From Verrucomicrobiota bacterium (lineage in GTDB: Bacteria > Verrucomicrobiota > Verrucomicrobiia > JAWXBN01 > JAWXCD01), in contig JAWXCD010000004.1 in the NCBI GenBank assembly GCA_034440535.1, positions 2,803-66,802 of the forward strand: DNA of 64,000 nucleotides, given 5' to 3'. Positions 10,378 to 21,585 of this stretch are shown one piece after another. The notes under the pieces were generated by a model. The model was not told the DNA's origin. It did no database searches and saw nothing but the letters and a program-made list of their open reading frames with translations. The position numbers and the translations under genes were made by a program. Positions within the stretch are counted from its first letter, which is position 1, and each line of letters starts with the position of its first letter.

Positions 10378-11436
10378 ATGAAAGACCGACAGGTTTTTGG
10401 AATTTGCATGGGGACGATGCTCGTGCTCAGCCTTTTTGCGTTCGCGGAGCAAGGGGACGGCAGCTGGGACAATGTAATTAATATTGAGCCTCTCGGCCCC
10501 CCGATTCATCGTGATGGGACTCCCCTTAATGAAAAAGAGATGCACCACTACGAAGATGCCTATCTCTCTTATGAGTCTGAAAAAATAGAGGCTCTGCAGC
10601 TCTACCTTGCGAAATATCCCAAAGGCATATACGCGAACGTTGCACTCATTCAACTAGCCGAAATCTGTAGTCCTGCTCTGGCGGCATCAAAAGAGAACCT
10701 TGAAAAAAATATGCTCATGGAATTGAAATCCAAAGTTGCCCATGAGCTTTTGGCGCGAGCCAAGATAAATGCAAAAGTCGCGACTCCACTTTACCAAGGT
10801 TTAATCACGCGCGATTTAAAAGACGCGGCCAAAGTTGGTACGCACATCGCGGAGTTCTCCGTCAAGTTTGGAAGTGACAAGGCGGAGAAAGTTAAAATGT
10901 TCACAGCAATCATGTTAATGGAAAAGGACCCAGCACGGGCCAAAGAAATATTAGCGTCCCTCCCTGAGACGGCTTCAGCAGATATTAAAGCTCAAGCGGC
11001 TGTCATGATGAAATCGGCCACTATTTTAGGGCAAATGCCGGGTATGTCATTCGTTGCACTCGACGGAAAGAAATTCGATCTTGCCGCTTTAAAGGGAAAG
11101 GTGGTTATTATTGATTTTTGGGCGACGTGGTGTGGACCATGTGTTGCCGAATTGCCGCATTTGAAGAAAGTATACGAAACCTTTCATGCTCAAGGTCTAG
11201 AAGTTGTGGGGATCAGTTTGGATAAGGAAAAAGCGGAACTGGAAGCTTTTATTAAAAAGCAGTCGATACCATGGCCCATGCACTTTGATGGGAAAGGATT
11301 TCAGAATCAATATGCCGCGGAGCACGGCATTCAGGGCATTCCAACTGTTTGGCTGGTGGATAAAACGGGAAAAATCGTTGATATCGATGGGCGGCAAGAC
11401 TTGGAGGGTAAGGTGAAGAAGCTATTAGCAGAGTGA
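10378..11436 (+). CDS. TlpA/ResA-like thiol:disulfide oxidoreductase (thioredoxin fold) with N-terminal TPR-like domain
   Basis: 'IIDFWATWCGPCVAELP' CxxC thioredoxin motif; signal peptide. Confidence 0.8.
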   Translation: MKDRQVFGICMGTMLVLSLFAFAEQGDGSWDNVINIEPLGPPIHRDGTPLNEKEMHHYEDAYLSYESEKIEALQLYLAKYPKGIYANVALIQLAEICSPALAASKENLEKNMLMELKSKVAHELLARAKINAKVATPLYQGLITRDLKDAAKVGTHIAEFSVKFGSDKAEKVKMFTAIMLMEKDPARAKEILASLPETASADIKAQAAVMMKSATILGQMPGMSFVALDGKKFDLAALKGKVVIIDFWATWCGPCVAELPHLKKVYETFHAQGLEVVGISLDKEKAELEAFIKKQSIPWPMHFDGKGFQNQYAAEHGIQGIPTVWLVDKTGKIVDIDGRQDLEGKVKKLLAE

Positions 11437-11628
11437 ACTTGGCTGGGAATTAAATTTAAAATTATTAATCCACAAGCCGCTTTGAGCTTCTCTTCTTGGA
11501 AGTGGTGTTAGTGACCATAACTAGTTAAATTACTTATAGTCAGTAATTTAGGTGCAAAATAAAGCGAGGAAAGCTTAAGTCGTAAAAGTCTACTAAGGAG
11601 CTAGATTTTTGGAATTCCCAAAAAAACC

Positions 11629-11955
11629 GTGCAATTTTGGCACTTTTATGGTACCGTCTGCGTCCTTTCTTACCCTATGAAAAATCGTGTACAAAAATTA
11701 TCAAAAAAGCTGGAGCTCGTCGAAAAGGTAACAACACCTAAAAACGTTACAGTTTTCTGTACGCAATGTGGTGTGAGACTTTCTGAAGCGAACCATGCCG
11801 CTCCCTTTAGCGGGGTGTGTAATGCGTGTCGTACGGCGCAGGGCCAAAAAGAAGCAGAAGCCGCCCGCCGGAAACAATCTCAAACAGTTGCCGGTTTTAA
11901 ACACTCAACTTACGTCAAAAAAGCACTCAAGGGAATTGAACCCTGGTTGAGTTAA
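11629..11955 (+). CDS. hypothetical small zinc-ribbon protein
   Basis: 'CTQCGVRL...CNACRTA' two CxxC pairs; weak, start uncertain (alternative M at 11677). Confidence 0.3.
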   Translation: MQFWHFYGTVCVLSYPMKNRVQKLSKKLELVEKVTTPKNVTVFCTQCGVRLSEANHAAPFSGVCNACRTAQGQKEAEAARRKQSQTVAGFKHSTYVKKALKGIEPWLS

Positions 11956-12136
11956 AGAACCAATAGGAACTATACCTTTAAGGTTGCGTCTTTTTCCCCG
12001 GCCCGTGACGCTTCGACAAGATAAGATAAAAATCAAATCTGCTCGAACCGTCCACAGAAGCTGGGGATTTTTTTGCCTTTTTATGGCGCGCCTCCCTTGA
12101 GTCACCAGCGACTCATCCGCACTTTCATTAAACGTT

Positions 12137-13021
12137 ATGCTCACTTCTCCTGCACCAGCGAACTTTTTTAAACTTGCTCATTCAGGGATGTATAACCTCG
12201 GACACACGCTTGAATGTGGGCAAACCTTTTGTTGGCTTCCATGGGAGAAAGGGTATCTCGGTGTGTTGGGAAAGCATGCAGTCTATGTGAAGTCGGGTTC
12301 TGGTTATTTGGCTGTTGAAACAAACCCCGGACTCGATAAAGCAAACATCACAAATTATTTTCAAACACACATTAACGTTGAGGCCGTGATCCAATCGTTC
12401 CCGCCTCAGGATCGATATTTACAGGCCGCGATTGCTCGTTACGCGGGATTACGGCTTGTGCGGCAGGATCCTTGGGAATGTCTCGCGTCGTTTCTCATGT
12501 CCCCGCTCAAACAGATACTCCAGATTCGCCAAGTACTTATGAAACTGCGTTCCACCTATGGCGCCCCGATTTCATCCTTCAAAAAAATCGGCCCCGTTCT
12601 TTATGCATTCCCTGACATCCCAACCATCGCCAGGTGTTCAGAATTGGACTTGCGCGCCATGCAAATGGGGTTTAGGGCAAAGAATCTTTTAAAAACCTCG
12701 CGCCAACTTGAATCGGGGTTAGTGGATCTATGCAGACTAGAGACGCTCCCGTATGAAGAAGCGAAAGAACAACTAACCAAACTTCATGGAGTCGGAGTTA
12801 AAGTGGCCGATTGTGTGTTGCTTTTCGCGTATGGAAAACAGGAAGCATTCCCCGTCGATGTGTGGATCGCTCGAGCTTTACGAAAGCTTTATTTCGGACG
12901 CAGGAAATTTGACTTGGACCGCGCCACACAGTTTTCAAAAACACATTTTGGTCCCAATGGCGGATACGCCCAGCAGTACCTCTTCCACTATGTGCGGAAT
13001 AATCCAGAGATCCTCGAATAA
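12137..13021 (+). CDS. 8-oxoguanine DNA glycosylase, OGG1 type (HhH-GPD superfamily)
   Basis: 'LHGVGVKVADCVLLFAYGKQEAFPVDVWIARA' closely matches OGG1 HhH-GPD motif '[28 protein letters not shown]'. Confidence 0.75.
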   Translation: MLTSPAPANFFKLAHSGMYNLGHTLECGQTFCWLPWEKGYLGVLGKHAVYVKSGSGYLAVETNPGLDKANITNYFQTHINVEAVIQSFPPQDRYLQAAIARYAGLRLVRQDPWECLASFLMSPLKQILQIRQVLMKLRSTYGAPISSFKKIGPVLYAFPDIPTIARCSELDLRAMQMGFRAKNLLKTSRQLESGLVDLCRLETLPYEEAKEQLTKLHGVGVKVADCVLLFAYGKQEAFPVDVWIARALRKLYFGRRKFDLDRATQFSKTHFGPNGGYAQQYLFHYVRNNPEILE

Positions 13022-13095
13022 TCAGCTACTGACAACGACAAAGGAGGGTACTTTTAACTTTTGTTTTATCAGCGCACGTTCAGGATGAGGGGCGC

Positions 13096-14706
13096 ATGCG
13101 TTCAGCACAATTTCTTCATCGACCCTGGGCCATAGGTTTGTCTCTCGCTCTCATTCTTCTAAGTCCATCACTTATCTGGGTCTCGCTGGACAGACAAATA
13201 TTTAGCTTTGACCAAGCGTGGTACGGCCGTATTTCCATTGAACTATACAGGTTATGGGGCGATGGGATTATCCCATGGGCGTCCGGGATGATTCAAGTTA
13301 GCGAAGATAAAGCTCCAGGGCTATCTTGGATCGGTCAATTCTTTGTGCCGTTGGGTGATCTAATGGGGTCAATTGATTTTGCATTACACCTGTCGGTAAT
13401 CATTCAACAAGTATTGGTGCTTCTCTTTCTTTATTTGGCGTGTGAAAGATTTGGAAGGGCAGCCGCGATCATGGGTGTGACCCTTGTGGCCGCCAGTCAG
13501 ATGGGGATTGGATTAAGCCAACAGTTCTTAACCGAACCATTGCAAGCTATGTGCATCGCATGGGGGATTTTTTTAATGAGCCGCTATGTGATGCCAGGCG
13601 CAGGAGGAAAAGGGGGAGGAGAAATAACTGCCGAATTTATGCTTCATTTTATTGCATGGGGCACCATGTGTATGCTCGCCAAGACCAGTTCACCACTTTA
13701 CCTGTTTTTTCCAGGGCTCATCTTACTCGCGCATTTATGGGTGCGTCCAAAAAATATTAGTTTCACCCGTTGCCAAAAAATAATGGCGGTACCCATCTGT
13801 ATAAGTGGTTTTGTCACAATCGTTTATTACGTCGTAAACCTTCACTTTCTCGTTGGCCTTCTCTCCTATAGTTCCAAATCAACTTTATGGGGACAACAAC
13901 GACCCTTTGGAGAAAAAATCCTGTATTGGAGCGAAAAGCTATTTGAGGCTCTATCCTCCATGCCATATTTTGGAGGGATTTTATTATGTGGGATCATTTG
14001 GTTTTTAGTTTTTGGGATGCGTGCACAAACAATTTGGATCAAAGCCGTCCTATGGGCATGCGCACTTGAAATCCCTTTGGTTCTCAGCATTTTCTCATTT
14101 CAATTAAATGAAACCACACGCTATCTCTATCCGCTGTTGCCCATTGTAGGATTTTTGGGTGCGGCAATGGTATCACGGTTAAATAGGGCTTGGATATATG
14201 CGCTCGTCATCTGCGTGAACCTAGGACAATGGGCATTTTTGCATCATCGATCTTTTACAACCTCAGGTTATGAGGAAGTTGCCGGGCTAACCACCGATAC
14301 CCGACCATCCCTCGGTGTGGCCCAATTGGTGGAATCGACATGCCTGACACTACCAAAAACAGACGTGAACATGGTCGGGGTTGATTTAGGGTGGCTGAAC
14401 ATGTTTACGTTGAATTATTATGCCGCCAAAGACCGCCGCATCCGCTACCACAAGCTGACATACATCGGGTATGGTTTTGCTGAAACAGACCCCAAAAAAG
14501 CCGCGTACAGAGTTTTTTATCATAGGCCCTTACATTATGTAACTTTGAAAGATGAAGTAATGCCATCGTCCGACGACTCGCATAATCGTGTGTCCGCTGA
14601 GTTGAAGAATTTTGTGATTAAGAGTGGATTGTACTCGGAAGTTCCGCAAAGAATTGGGCCAATTGAAATCTATAGGCGCCGTGACGTGGCGGATCCATCA
14701 CAGTGA
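13096..14706 (+). CDS. polytopic membrane protein, GT-C glycosyltransferase-like (ArnT/PMT family-like)
   Basis: ~12 predicted TM helices, early 'LDRQIFSFDQAWY' acidic loop typical of GT-C fold; no closer assignment possible. Confidence 0.5.
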   Translation: MRSAQFLHRPWAIGLSLALILLSPSLIWVSLDRQIFSFDQAWYGRISIELYRLWGDGIIPWASGMIQVSEDKAPGLSWIGQFFVPLGDLMGSIDFALHLSVIIQQVLVLLFLYLACERFGRAAAIMGVTLVAASQMGIGLSQQFLTEPLQAMCIAWGIFLMSRYVMPGAGGKGGGEITAEFMLHFIAWGTMCMLAKTSSPLYLFFPGLILLAHLWVRPKNISFTRCQKIMAVPICISGFVTIVYYVVNLHFLVGLLSYSSKSTLWGQQRPFGEKILYWSEKLFEALSSMPYFGGILLCGIIWFLVFGMRAQTIWIKAVLWACALEIPLVLSIFSFQLNETTRYLYPLLPIVGFLGAAMVSRLNRAWIYALVICVNLGQWAFLHHRSFTTSGYEEVAGLTTDTRPSLGVAQLVESTCLTLPKTDVNMVGVDLGWLNMFTLNYYAAKDRRIRYHKLTYIGYGFAETDPKKAAYRVFYHRPLHYVTLKDEVMPSSDDSHNRVSAELKNFVIKSGLYSEVPQRIGPIEIYRRRDVADPSQ

Positions 14707-14738
14707 TCGTTTGCTGAGTTTATATTTTTGCTCTCGTC

Positions 14739-15677
14739 ATGACAAATGATTACGGTAAAAAGGTGGATATGGATGCTCCTTATCTTGAACTGCTCGATGG
14801 ACCTGATGCAGGGAAGCAGTTTCCTTTGGTTGAAAACGAAAAGATTTCCGTAGGGCGGTTACCCGATTGTAGCATCATTTTATCTGATGGATCGGTCTCC
14901 CGATTACATTCCTCCGTGGAAATGACGAATGAAAAAGTTGAAGCCGCCGATAATGAATCGCGGAACGGTACATTTGTTAACGAAGAAAAAATTCAAAAGA
15001 AGGAATTGCGTCACGAGGATATTTTACGGTGTGGCGACATTCGGTTCCGAGTCATATTAGGCCAAGCGCGATGGGCAAAGCAGGTTGTTGAGGCATTGCA
15101 AACGACCAGCGATACAACGGGTCCCGGAACAGGAAAGCCTGTGAGTACGGGTGAGATTCGCTTGCTCGGTTGGCCGTACATCATACAAACACTCTCGGAA
15201 CATAAATGCAGTGCGCGAATGGTATTGGCCTATAGAGGGCAGAAAGGGGAGGTATGCTTTCATCAGGGGAAAATTTTTAAAGCATCGCTCCTGAGGTTTG
15301 CACCCTTACAGGCCTTGCTGCGAATGACGAGTTGGGATAAGGCACTGTTTATTTTGTTTCAATACCTCCCCGTGAACAAAGGGCAAACGAATCAAGAGCT
15401 CGAAGGGGCCTTGGACGAATGTTTGAAACAGAGGGATGAGCTTCAGGATATTTTAAATTCATGGGCCGGGCCCTGTCCAAAGTTCATGACACTGCAACCC
15501 TTAATCCCAAAACTGTCGGTACTTTCAAAAGATGAACTTGATATGTGGCAAAGCGCCTACCAGGGAAGTACATTTGAAGATATGATGGAGGATACGAACC
15601 TTCCTCCTCTCGAAATAGCGCGAAAACTTCAGGAGTTGATGGAGCGCCATTATATTGTGATGGCGCAAAAGGGTTAA
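14739..15677 (+). CDS. FHA domain-containing protein
   Basis: 'FPLVENEKISVGRLPDCSIILSDGSVSRLHSSVEM...GTFVNEEKI' FHA signature (G-R ... S-x-x-H ... N-G). Confidence 0.7.
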   Translation: MTNDYGKKVDMDAPYLELLDGPDAGKQFPLVENEKISVGRLPDCSIILSDGSVSRLHSSVEMTNEKVEAADNESRNGTFVNEEKIQKKELRHEDILRCGDIRFRVILGQARWAKQVVEALQTTSDTTGPGTGKPVSTGEIRLLGWPYIIQTLSEHKCSARMVLAYRGQKGEVCFHQGKIFKASLLRFAPLQALLRMTSWDKALFILFQYLPVNKGQTNQELEGALDECLKQRDELQDILNSWAGPCPKFMTLQPLIPKLSVLSKDELDMWQSAYQGSTFEDMMEDTNLPPLEIARKLQELMERHYIVMAQKG

Positions 15678-15691
15678 CCAGAAAGTTACAT

Positions 15692-16810
15692 ATGAGCGAC
15701 GCTACACTTAATCCTGGATCCGAGCATATTGTTACCATTGTCGATATAGGCTTCGGCGGCGAAGGCATTGCGCGGATTAATGGGCAAGTCATCTTTGTGC
15801 CTTTTGTCATCACAGGGGAAAAAGTGCGAGTTAAACTAAAAGTCGCACGGAAAAACTCATTCACAGCAGACCTAATCGAAGTCATTGAGCCTCATCCTTC
15901 GCGCGTCGCCCCTCCTTGTCCTGTATTTGGGCGGTGCGGGGGTTGTGATTACCAGCATATGAGTTATCCCGCTCAATTGGCAGCGAAGGAAAAGCAAGTG
16001 CGCGATGTCATTGAACGGATCGGAAAAATACCCAACCCGCCGATGGAACCCATCATTGGCTCGCCCTGTGATTATGGGTACAGAAACAAGGTTACGCTGC
16101 ACGCAAATGGATCAGAACTCGGGTACATGGACCGGTCTGGTTCAAAAATAGTGAGCGTGAACCAATGTCCGATTGCTTCGGAAGGCGTAAATATTAAGAT
16201 TCAAAACTTTGTGAAGGAGTTTAAGGAAGGCGAAGGAGATTATGTTTTCCGGGATATTCCTCAAAAAATGGTGTCTCTCGAATCATTTTTTCAAATTAAT
16301 TCATCAATGCTTCCCCAGCTATTGGACGTTGTAAAAAACGCGATTTCACCGGTTACAACTCATTTGATTGATGCTTACTGCGGTGTGGGATTGTTCGCTT
16401 TCCATTTAGCCGACAGGTTTAAATACATTGTCGGAATAGAGCTTGAGCCAAAAGCCATTGAAACAGCCAACCAAGAAGCAGCTCAACGAAAACTCTCCCA
16501 TATTGCTTTCGTGCGGGGATCTGTTGAGACCTACCTGCCTGACATGCTCGAACCTGTTCGAACTGAAAAGGTGTGTCTGATCATTGATCCGCCACGGACT
16601 GGTTGCACGCGCAGGGTGTTGGAAGCCACCTTACTTTATGCGCCTGAACAAGTTATTTACGTTTCCTGCAATCCAGCAACCTTAGCGCGGGATCTCAAGG
16701 AAATGATGGGTATTTATCAAGTCCGCGCCCTTATACCCCTCGATATGTTTCCACAAACGGCCCATGTTGAGGTGGTGTGTATTTTGGATAAACGGCAGGT
16801 GCCACTCTAG
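15692..16810 (+). CDS. 23S rRNA (uracil-C5)-methyltransferase RlmD/RumA family (TRAM + Fe-S + SAM MTase)
   Basis: N-terminal TRAM-like 'IVDIGFGGEGIARINGQVIFVPFVITGEKVRV', Cys cluster 'CPVFGRCGGCDYQHM', SAM motif 'LIDAYCGVGLF', 'IIDPPRTG'. Confidence 0.8.
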   Translation: MSDATLNPGSEHIVTIVDIGFGGEGIARINGQVIFVPFVITGEKVRVKLKVARKNSFTADLIEVIEPHPSRVAPPCPVFGRCGGCDYQHMSYPAQLAAKEKQVRDVIERIGKIPNPPMEPIIGSPCDYGYRNKVTLHANGSELGYMDRSGSKIVSVNQCPIASEGVNIKIQNFVKEFKEGEGDYVFRDIPQKMVSLESFFQINSSMLPQLLDVVKNAISPVTTHLIDAYCGVGLFAFHLADRFKYIVGIELEPKAIETANQEAAQRKLSHIAFVRGSVETYLPDMLEPVRTEKVCLIIDPPRTGCTRRVLEATLLYAPEQVIYVSCNPATLARDLKEMMGIYQVRALIPLDMFPQTAHVEVVCILDKRQVPL

Positions 16811-16918
16811 AACCGTACTGAGAATCAAAAGACGTTTGCGACGAGTTTAATTTTTTCCCATTTTGCGCTTTGCCTTTGCGGAGATTTTCATACTGTATGG
16901 CAGCCAAACTTTCTTCCT

Positions 16919-19900
16919 ATGCCTAAGCGTACTGATATTAAAAAAATTCTAGTGATTGGATCCGGCCCCATTGTTATTGGACAAGGTTGTGAATTCGACT
17001 ATTCGGGTGTTCAAGCGTGCAAAGCCCTGAAGGAGGAGGGATACCAAGTCGTCTTGATTAATAGTAATCCTGCTACGATTATGACCGATCCGGAATTCGC
17101 CCAAGGCACATACATTGAGCCTATCACTCGGGACATGATTGAGAAGATCATCATCAGGGAGAAACCTGACGCATTATTGCCCACGCTTGGCGGACAAACG
17201 GCGCTTAACGCAGCGATGGATCTTCATCGCTCCGGCATTCTCCAAAAACATAATGTGGAGATGATAGGAGCTAAGGCCGAGGCCATCGATAAAGGGGAGG
17301 ACAGGCAGAAGTTCAAAGACGAAATGATCAAGATCGGATTGGATATGCCCATTTCTGGTACGGCGCATACGATCGAGGAAGCTCGCCAAGTAGCCACAAT
17401 GATAGGCCGCTTTCCATTGATTATCCGCCCCGCATTCACGTTAGGCGGAACAGGTGGGGGCATTGCCTATAACAAGGAAGAATTTGAGACGATTGCCGCG
17501 AATGGGATTGATCTGAGTCCGGTCAGCGAAATTTTGGTCGAAGAATCGTTGCTCGGATGGAAGGAATTTGAAATGGAAGTCATGCGCGATTGCGCAGACA
17601 ACTGTGTGATTATATGTTCGATTGAAAACTTCGATCCAATGGGCGTGCACACCGGGGATAGTATTACAGTGGCACCCATCCAAACATTGACGGATCGTGA
17701 ATACCAAATCATGCGTGACGCTTCCTTTGCGTGTATTCGCGCTATTGGCGTTGAAACAGGAGGGTCGAACATTCAATTTTCGGTCAACCCAGAAACAGGT
17801 CGGATGATTGTGATCGAGATGAACCCGCGAGTTTCCCGTTCGTCTGCATTAGCATCAAAGGCGACGGGGTTTCCCATAGCAAAAATTGCAGCCAAGCTCG
17901 CAGTGGGATATACGCTCGACGAAATTCGCAACGACATCACACGCAAAACACCTGCCAGTTTCGAGCCGACCATCGATTATGTGGTCACAAAAATCCCTCG
18001 GTTTACTTTCGAGAAATTTCCCAAGGCTGATACAACTCTCAATACGCAGATGAAGTCTGTGGGTGAGGCCATGGCGATTGGACGGACGTTTAAAGAATCG
18101 TTCCAAAAGGCTCTCAGATCATTGGAGACCGGACGCGCCGGTTTCGGTGGGGACGGCAAGGATAAGGAGCCCCGCAAGGCAGATGGGTCATGGGACGTTG
18201 ATGCCATAAAATCAATGATCATCAGGCCTAACGCTGAACGGGTTTTCTATCTTCGATACGCGATGCAAGCCGGTTTGACGCTGGAAGAAATTTATCAGAT
18301 TACAAAAATCGACCGCTGGTTCCTGCAGAATCTTCAGGAAATTTTTGAGGCGGAATCCCGTTTGGGCTTAGGAGATAGTTTGCTGGAATCTAAATCTCTT
18401 GGATTTTCCGATCGCCAGATCGCTTTCCATTCAAAAACTACAGAAGCCGCAGTGCGCGAAGCACGTTTTAAAAAATCGATCAAACCTTCCTACAGACTTG
18501 TTGACACATGCGCCGCCGAGTTTGAGGCGTACACACCCTATTATTATTCAACTTACGATACCGGAGATGATGAAGTTTTGTCCACGGGCAAGAAAAAGAT
18601 CATGATCATTGGGGGCGGCCCCAACCGTATCGGCCAAGGTATAGAGTTTGATTATTGTTGTGTGCACGCATCGTTTGCGCTCAAGGAACTTGGATTTGAA
18701 ACGATCATGGTGAACTCGAACCCAGAAACGGTGTCCACTGATTACGACACGAGCGATAAGCTTTATTTTGAACCATTGACCTTGGAAGACGTGTTGAACA
18801 TACACAACAGCGAAAACAAGGATGATTCTGTTTTTGGAGTGATTGTGCAATTTGGGGGGCAGACGCCTTTAAATTTGGCAGAGGGATTAAAAGCTGGGGG
18901 AGTTCGCATCATTGGAACGAGTCCTGAGAACATTGCGATGGCGGAAGACAGAAAACTTTTTTCAGAAATGCTGAATAAGCTGGGGCTGCATCAACCTCCT
19001 AACGGTACAGCGACCAACGAAGAGGAAGCCATCGAAAGGGCAAATACCATCGGGTACCCGGTGTTGGTTCGGCCCAGTTTTGTCCTCGGAGGCAGAGCGA
19101 TGCAGATCGTTTATAACGAAAAAGATCTCCGCTATTACATGCGCAATGCCGTGGAGGCATCACCTGAACGCCCTGTATTGGTTGACTCCTTTTTGGAAGA
19201 CGCGATTGAGGTGGATGTTGATTGTATCAGCGATGGAGAGACGATCGTTATTGGGGCGATCATGGAACACATTGAGCAGGCGGGGATCCATAGTGGTGAC
19301 AGCGCTTGCGTCATTCCACCGTTTAGTTTGAGTGACAAGGTAAAGGATGACATTAGGAGCGCGACTCGGGCGATGGCCCAATCCCTCAATGTGCGAGGAT
19401 TAATGAATGTCCAGTACGCCGTTAAGAATGAAAGAGTTTACGTGCTGGAGGTTAATCCGCGCGCGTCACGAACAGTGCCCTTTGTTTCGAAGGCGATAGG
19501 AGTCCCTCTTGCAAAGATGGCCGCAAAAATAATGGCTGGTAAAACATTAAAAGAACTTGGGTTCACAGCCGAAGTGACTCCAAAATATTATTGTGTAAAA
19601 GAAGCCGTGTTCCCCTTTTCTAAATTCGCCGGGGTGGATATTTTGCTCGGACCGGAAATGCGCTCAACGGGGGAGGTCATGGGCATTGATAGCGACCTTG
19701 GGATTGCTTATGCAAAAGCACAAATGGCCGCTCAACCTGCCTTACCATTAAAAGGAAAAGTTTTTGTGAGCGTCAAGGATTCCGACAAGGAGTGTGTGGT
19801 GGCGATAGCTGCTGATCTCGTACGTTTGGGATTTGAAATTTGTGCGACGGGCGGAACAGCGGAGGTGCTCAAAGCCAACAGGTTGGAAGTCACTAAACTC

Positions 19901-20149
19901 TTTAAAATTGCAGAGGGGCGCCCCAACGTTCTTGATTTGATGAAAAATGACGAGATTTCTTTTATCATCAATACACCATTCGGACCTACGGCCCGCGAGG
20001 ATGAAGTTCGCATACGTACGACAGCCGTCACGAAACGGATTTCGATTATGACGACCATGCGCGCAGCCAGGGCCAGTGTGATGGGGATAGAATCATTGCA
20101 GAAAAAAGGATGCTCTGTGACTCCACTCCAAGAGTACCACGCCAGATAG
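16919..20149 (+). CDS. carB: carbamoyl-phosphate synthase large subunit
   Basis: duplicated ATP-grasp modules, '[21 protein letters not shown]' and '[21 protein letters not shown]', MGS-like C-terminus; 1076 aa. Confidence 0.97.
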   Translation: MPKRTDIKKILVIGSGPIVIGQGCEFDYSGVQACKALKEEGYQVVLINSNPATIMTDPEFAQGTYIEPITRDMIEKIIIREKPDALLPTLGGQTALNAAMDLHRSGILQKHNVEMIGAKAEAIDKGEDRQKFKDEMIKIGLDMPISGTAHTIEEARQVATMIGRFPLIIRPAFTLGGTGGGIAYNKEEFETIAANGIDLSPVSEILVEESLLGWKEFEMEVMRDCADNCVIICSIENFDPMGVHTGDSITVAPIQTLTDREYQIMRDASFACIRAIGVETGGSNIQFSVNPETGRMIVIEMNPRVSRSSALASKATGFPIAKIAAKLAVGYTLDEIRNDITRKTPASFEPTIDYVVTKIPRFTFEKFPKADTTLNTQMKSVGEAMAIGRTFKESFQKALRSLETGRAGFGGDGKDKEPRKADGSWDVDAIKSMIIRPNAERVFYLRYAMQAGLTLEEIYQITKIDRWFLQNLQEIFEAESRLGLGDSLLESKSLGFSDRQIAFHSKTTEAAVREARFKKSIKPSYRLVDTCAAEFEAYTPYYYSTYDTGDDEVLSTGKKKIMIIGGGPNRIGQGIEFDYCCVHASFALKELGFETIMVNSNPETVSTDYDTSDKLYFEPLTLEDVLNIHNSENKDDSVFGVIVQFGGQTPLNLAEGLKAGGVRIIGTSPENIAMAEDRKLFSEMLNKLGLHQPPNGTATNEEEAIERANTIGYPVLVRPSFVLGGRAMQIVYNEKDLRYYMRNAVEASPERPVLVDSFLEDAIEVDVDCISDGETIVIGAIMEHIEQAGIHSGDSACVIPPFSLSDKVKDDIRSATRAMAQSLNVRGLMNVQYAVKNERVYVLEVNPRASRTVPFVSKAIGVPLAKMAAKIMAGKTLKELGFTAEVTPKYYCVKEAVFPFSKFAGVDILLGPEMRSTGEVMGIDSDLGIAYAKAQMAAQPALPLKGKVFVSVKDSDKECVVAIAADLVRLGFEICATGGTAEVLKANRLEVTKLFKIAEGRPNVLDLMKNDEISFIINTPFGPTAREDEVRIRTTAVTKRISIMTTMRAARASVMGIESLQKKGCSVTPLQEYHAR

Positions 20150-21415
20150 ATGCGATTGACTCACACTCACCATGGATTGTTTTTTGCATGGCTGCGTGCG
20201 GGTTTTGCATGGATCAGCATCCTTGCATGTTGTTCCTCATTGACCGGCCAAAATTTGGACATTGAGCATCATCTCACCGTGTTCACGAACATGGCGCGAG
20301 AGGCTTCTTTAGAAGCCTTGGAACAAGAGGTGCCCCTAGCTGAGAAAAATTTGGTTCCGAGACTGATTGAAGCTCTTTATGAAGTGGGGCGGATGGAGGA
20401 GGCGCGCAGAATATCTATCCAGTATCCGACATTTGCATCGTCCCGGTTTCGGTATTTGGAGATCAGGCAGGAACTGGGTCAGGATGCGTATGATCAGGCA
20501 TGGGCACTCCTTGAGAAAATTGAAACACCCAAGGATTATGTCGAAGCAGCACTTTTGTTTCCATCGCATCAATATTGGATCCAGAAATTTTCACATTACG
20601 AAAGAGTGAAGAAGCGGTTTTTTCGCGATATTGCGGGATTTCCTGTTGAAGAAAGAAATAGACTTACGGGAGCATTTGCCACTCGACAAGCCGTCGCAGG
20701 AGACATGGATGGAGCTTTGAGAACAATGGCTAAAATTGCTGAGGAAACTCAAAGACTCAAGCCATCCATTCTCATTGCCCAAATCATGGTGCGATCGAAA
20801 CATCCCAGAGGAGGAGAGTATATCCAAAATATCGAGGAAAAAACGCGAACGACCACCAACCAATGGGATTTGGTGGCTTTGGCTGATCTTTATAGCCTCG
20901 CGGGAATGGAGGAGGATTATGTAGAAGCTTGCGAAAGGTATCGCCAGGAAATGATGAAGAGCAAAGATTTTTCGAGTTACGGGTATTTTTTAGAAGTGTT
21001 AGGGAATGACAAAACTGAGACGCGGAAAATGCGTATGGAGTTTGAAAAGCATTTCAAAATCATGACCCCCATGGAAATTAAGATTGCTATAAATTCCCTT
21101 AATAATTCGTCCGACAAAAAATTTGCCAAAGAACTTGAGATGGAAGTCATGGCTCGACTTGGGCGTGAAAAAACGAGCCATAATAATAATGACGAACTTT
21201 ATCTATTAATATTGATGACGACTGGAAGACTGGAAGAAGGGGAAGCTTTTTTAAAAGGAAAACCCTTAGAAACCCAGGCGAGATTATCTGCCGCATATTC
21301 GATCGCCCTCTGCCGGGCTGAGCATTATGAAGATACAAAAAGGCACCTACTTGAAATTAAAGATTCGTTCACGCGCGCGAAGGAGTCACTCGATTGCCTT
21401 GCCGAAATGAAATGA
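20150..21415 (+). CDS. hypothetical lipoprotein with TPR-like helical repeats
   Basis: lipobox-like 'ILAC' after hydrophobic segment; alpha-helical repeat composition; ATG overlaps carB stop. Confidence 0.45.
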   Translation: MRLTHTHHGLFFAWLRAGFAWISILACCSSLTGQNLDIEHHLTVFTNMAREASLEALEQEVPLAEKNLVPRLIEALYEVGRMEEARRISIQYPTFASSRFRYLEIRQELGQDAYDQAWALLEKIETPKDYVEAALLFPSHQYWIQKFSHYERVKKRFFRDIAGFPVEERNRLTGAFATRQAVAGDMDGALRTMAKIAEETQRLKPSILIAQIMVRSKHPRGGEYIQNIEEKTRTTTNQWDLVALADLYSLAGMEEDYVEACERYRQEMMKSKDFSSYGYFLEVLGNDKTETRKMRMEFEKHFKIMTPMEIKIAINSLNNSSDKKFAKELEMEVMARLGREKTSHNNNDELYLLILMTTGRLEEGEAFLKGKPLETQARLSAAYSIALCRAEHYEDTKRHLLEIKDSFTRAKESLDCLAEMK

Positions 21416-21450
21416 ACGGTGGAAAGGGCTAGTTTTATGACTAAAAAAAG

Positions 21451-21525
21451 TGGCTGCCCCTGTTGGGCTCGAACCAACAACCTACCGGTTAACAGCCGGT
21501 CGCTCTACCATTGAGCTAAGGGGCA
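21451..21525 (-). tRNA. tRNA-Asn (anticodon GTT)
   Basis: minus-strand cloverleaf: acceptor TGCCCCT/AGGGGCA, D stem GCTC/GAGC, anticodon stem ACCGG/CCGGT, loop CTGTTAA, T arm GTTGG-TTCGAGC-CCAAC, 3' CCA encoded. Confidence 0.85.
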
Positions 21526-21585
21526 TCAAAAGAGGAAGTGCAATTTACTGTTTGCGATTTCGAAATCAACCAGAAAATTTAAAAA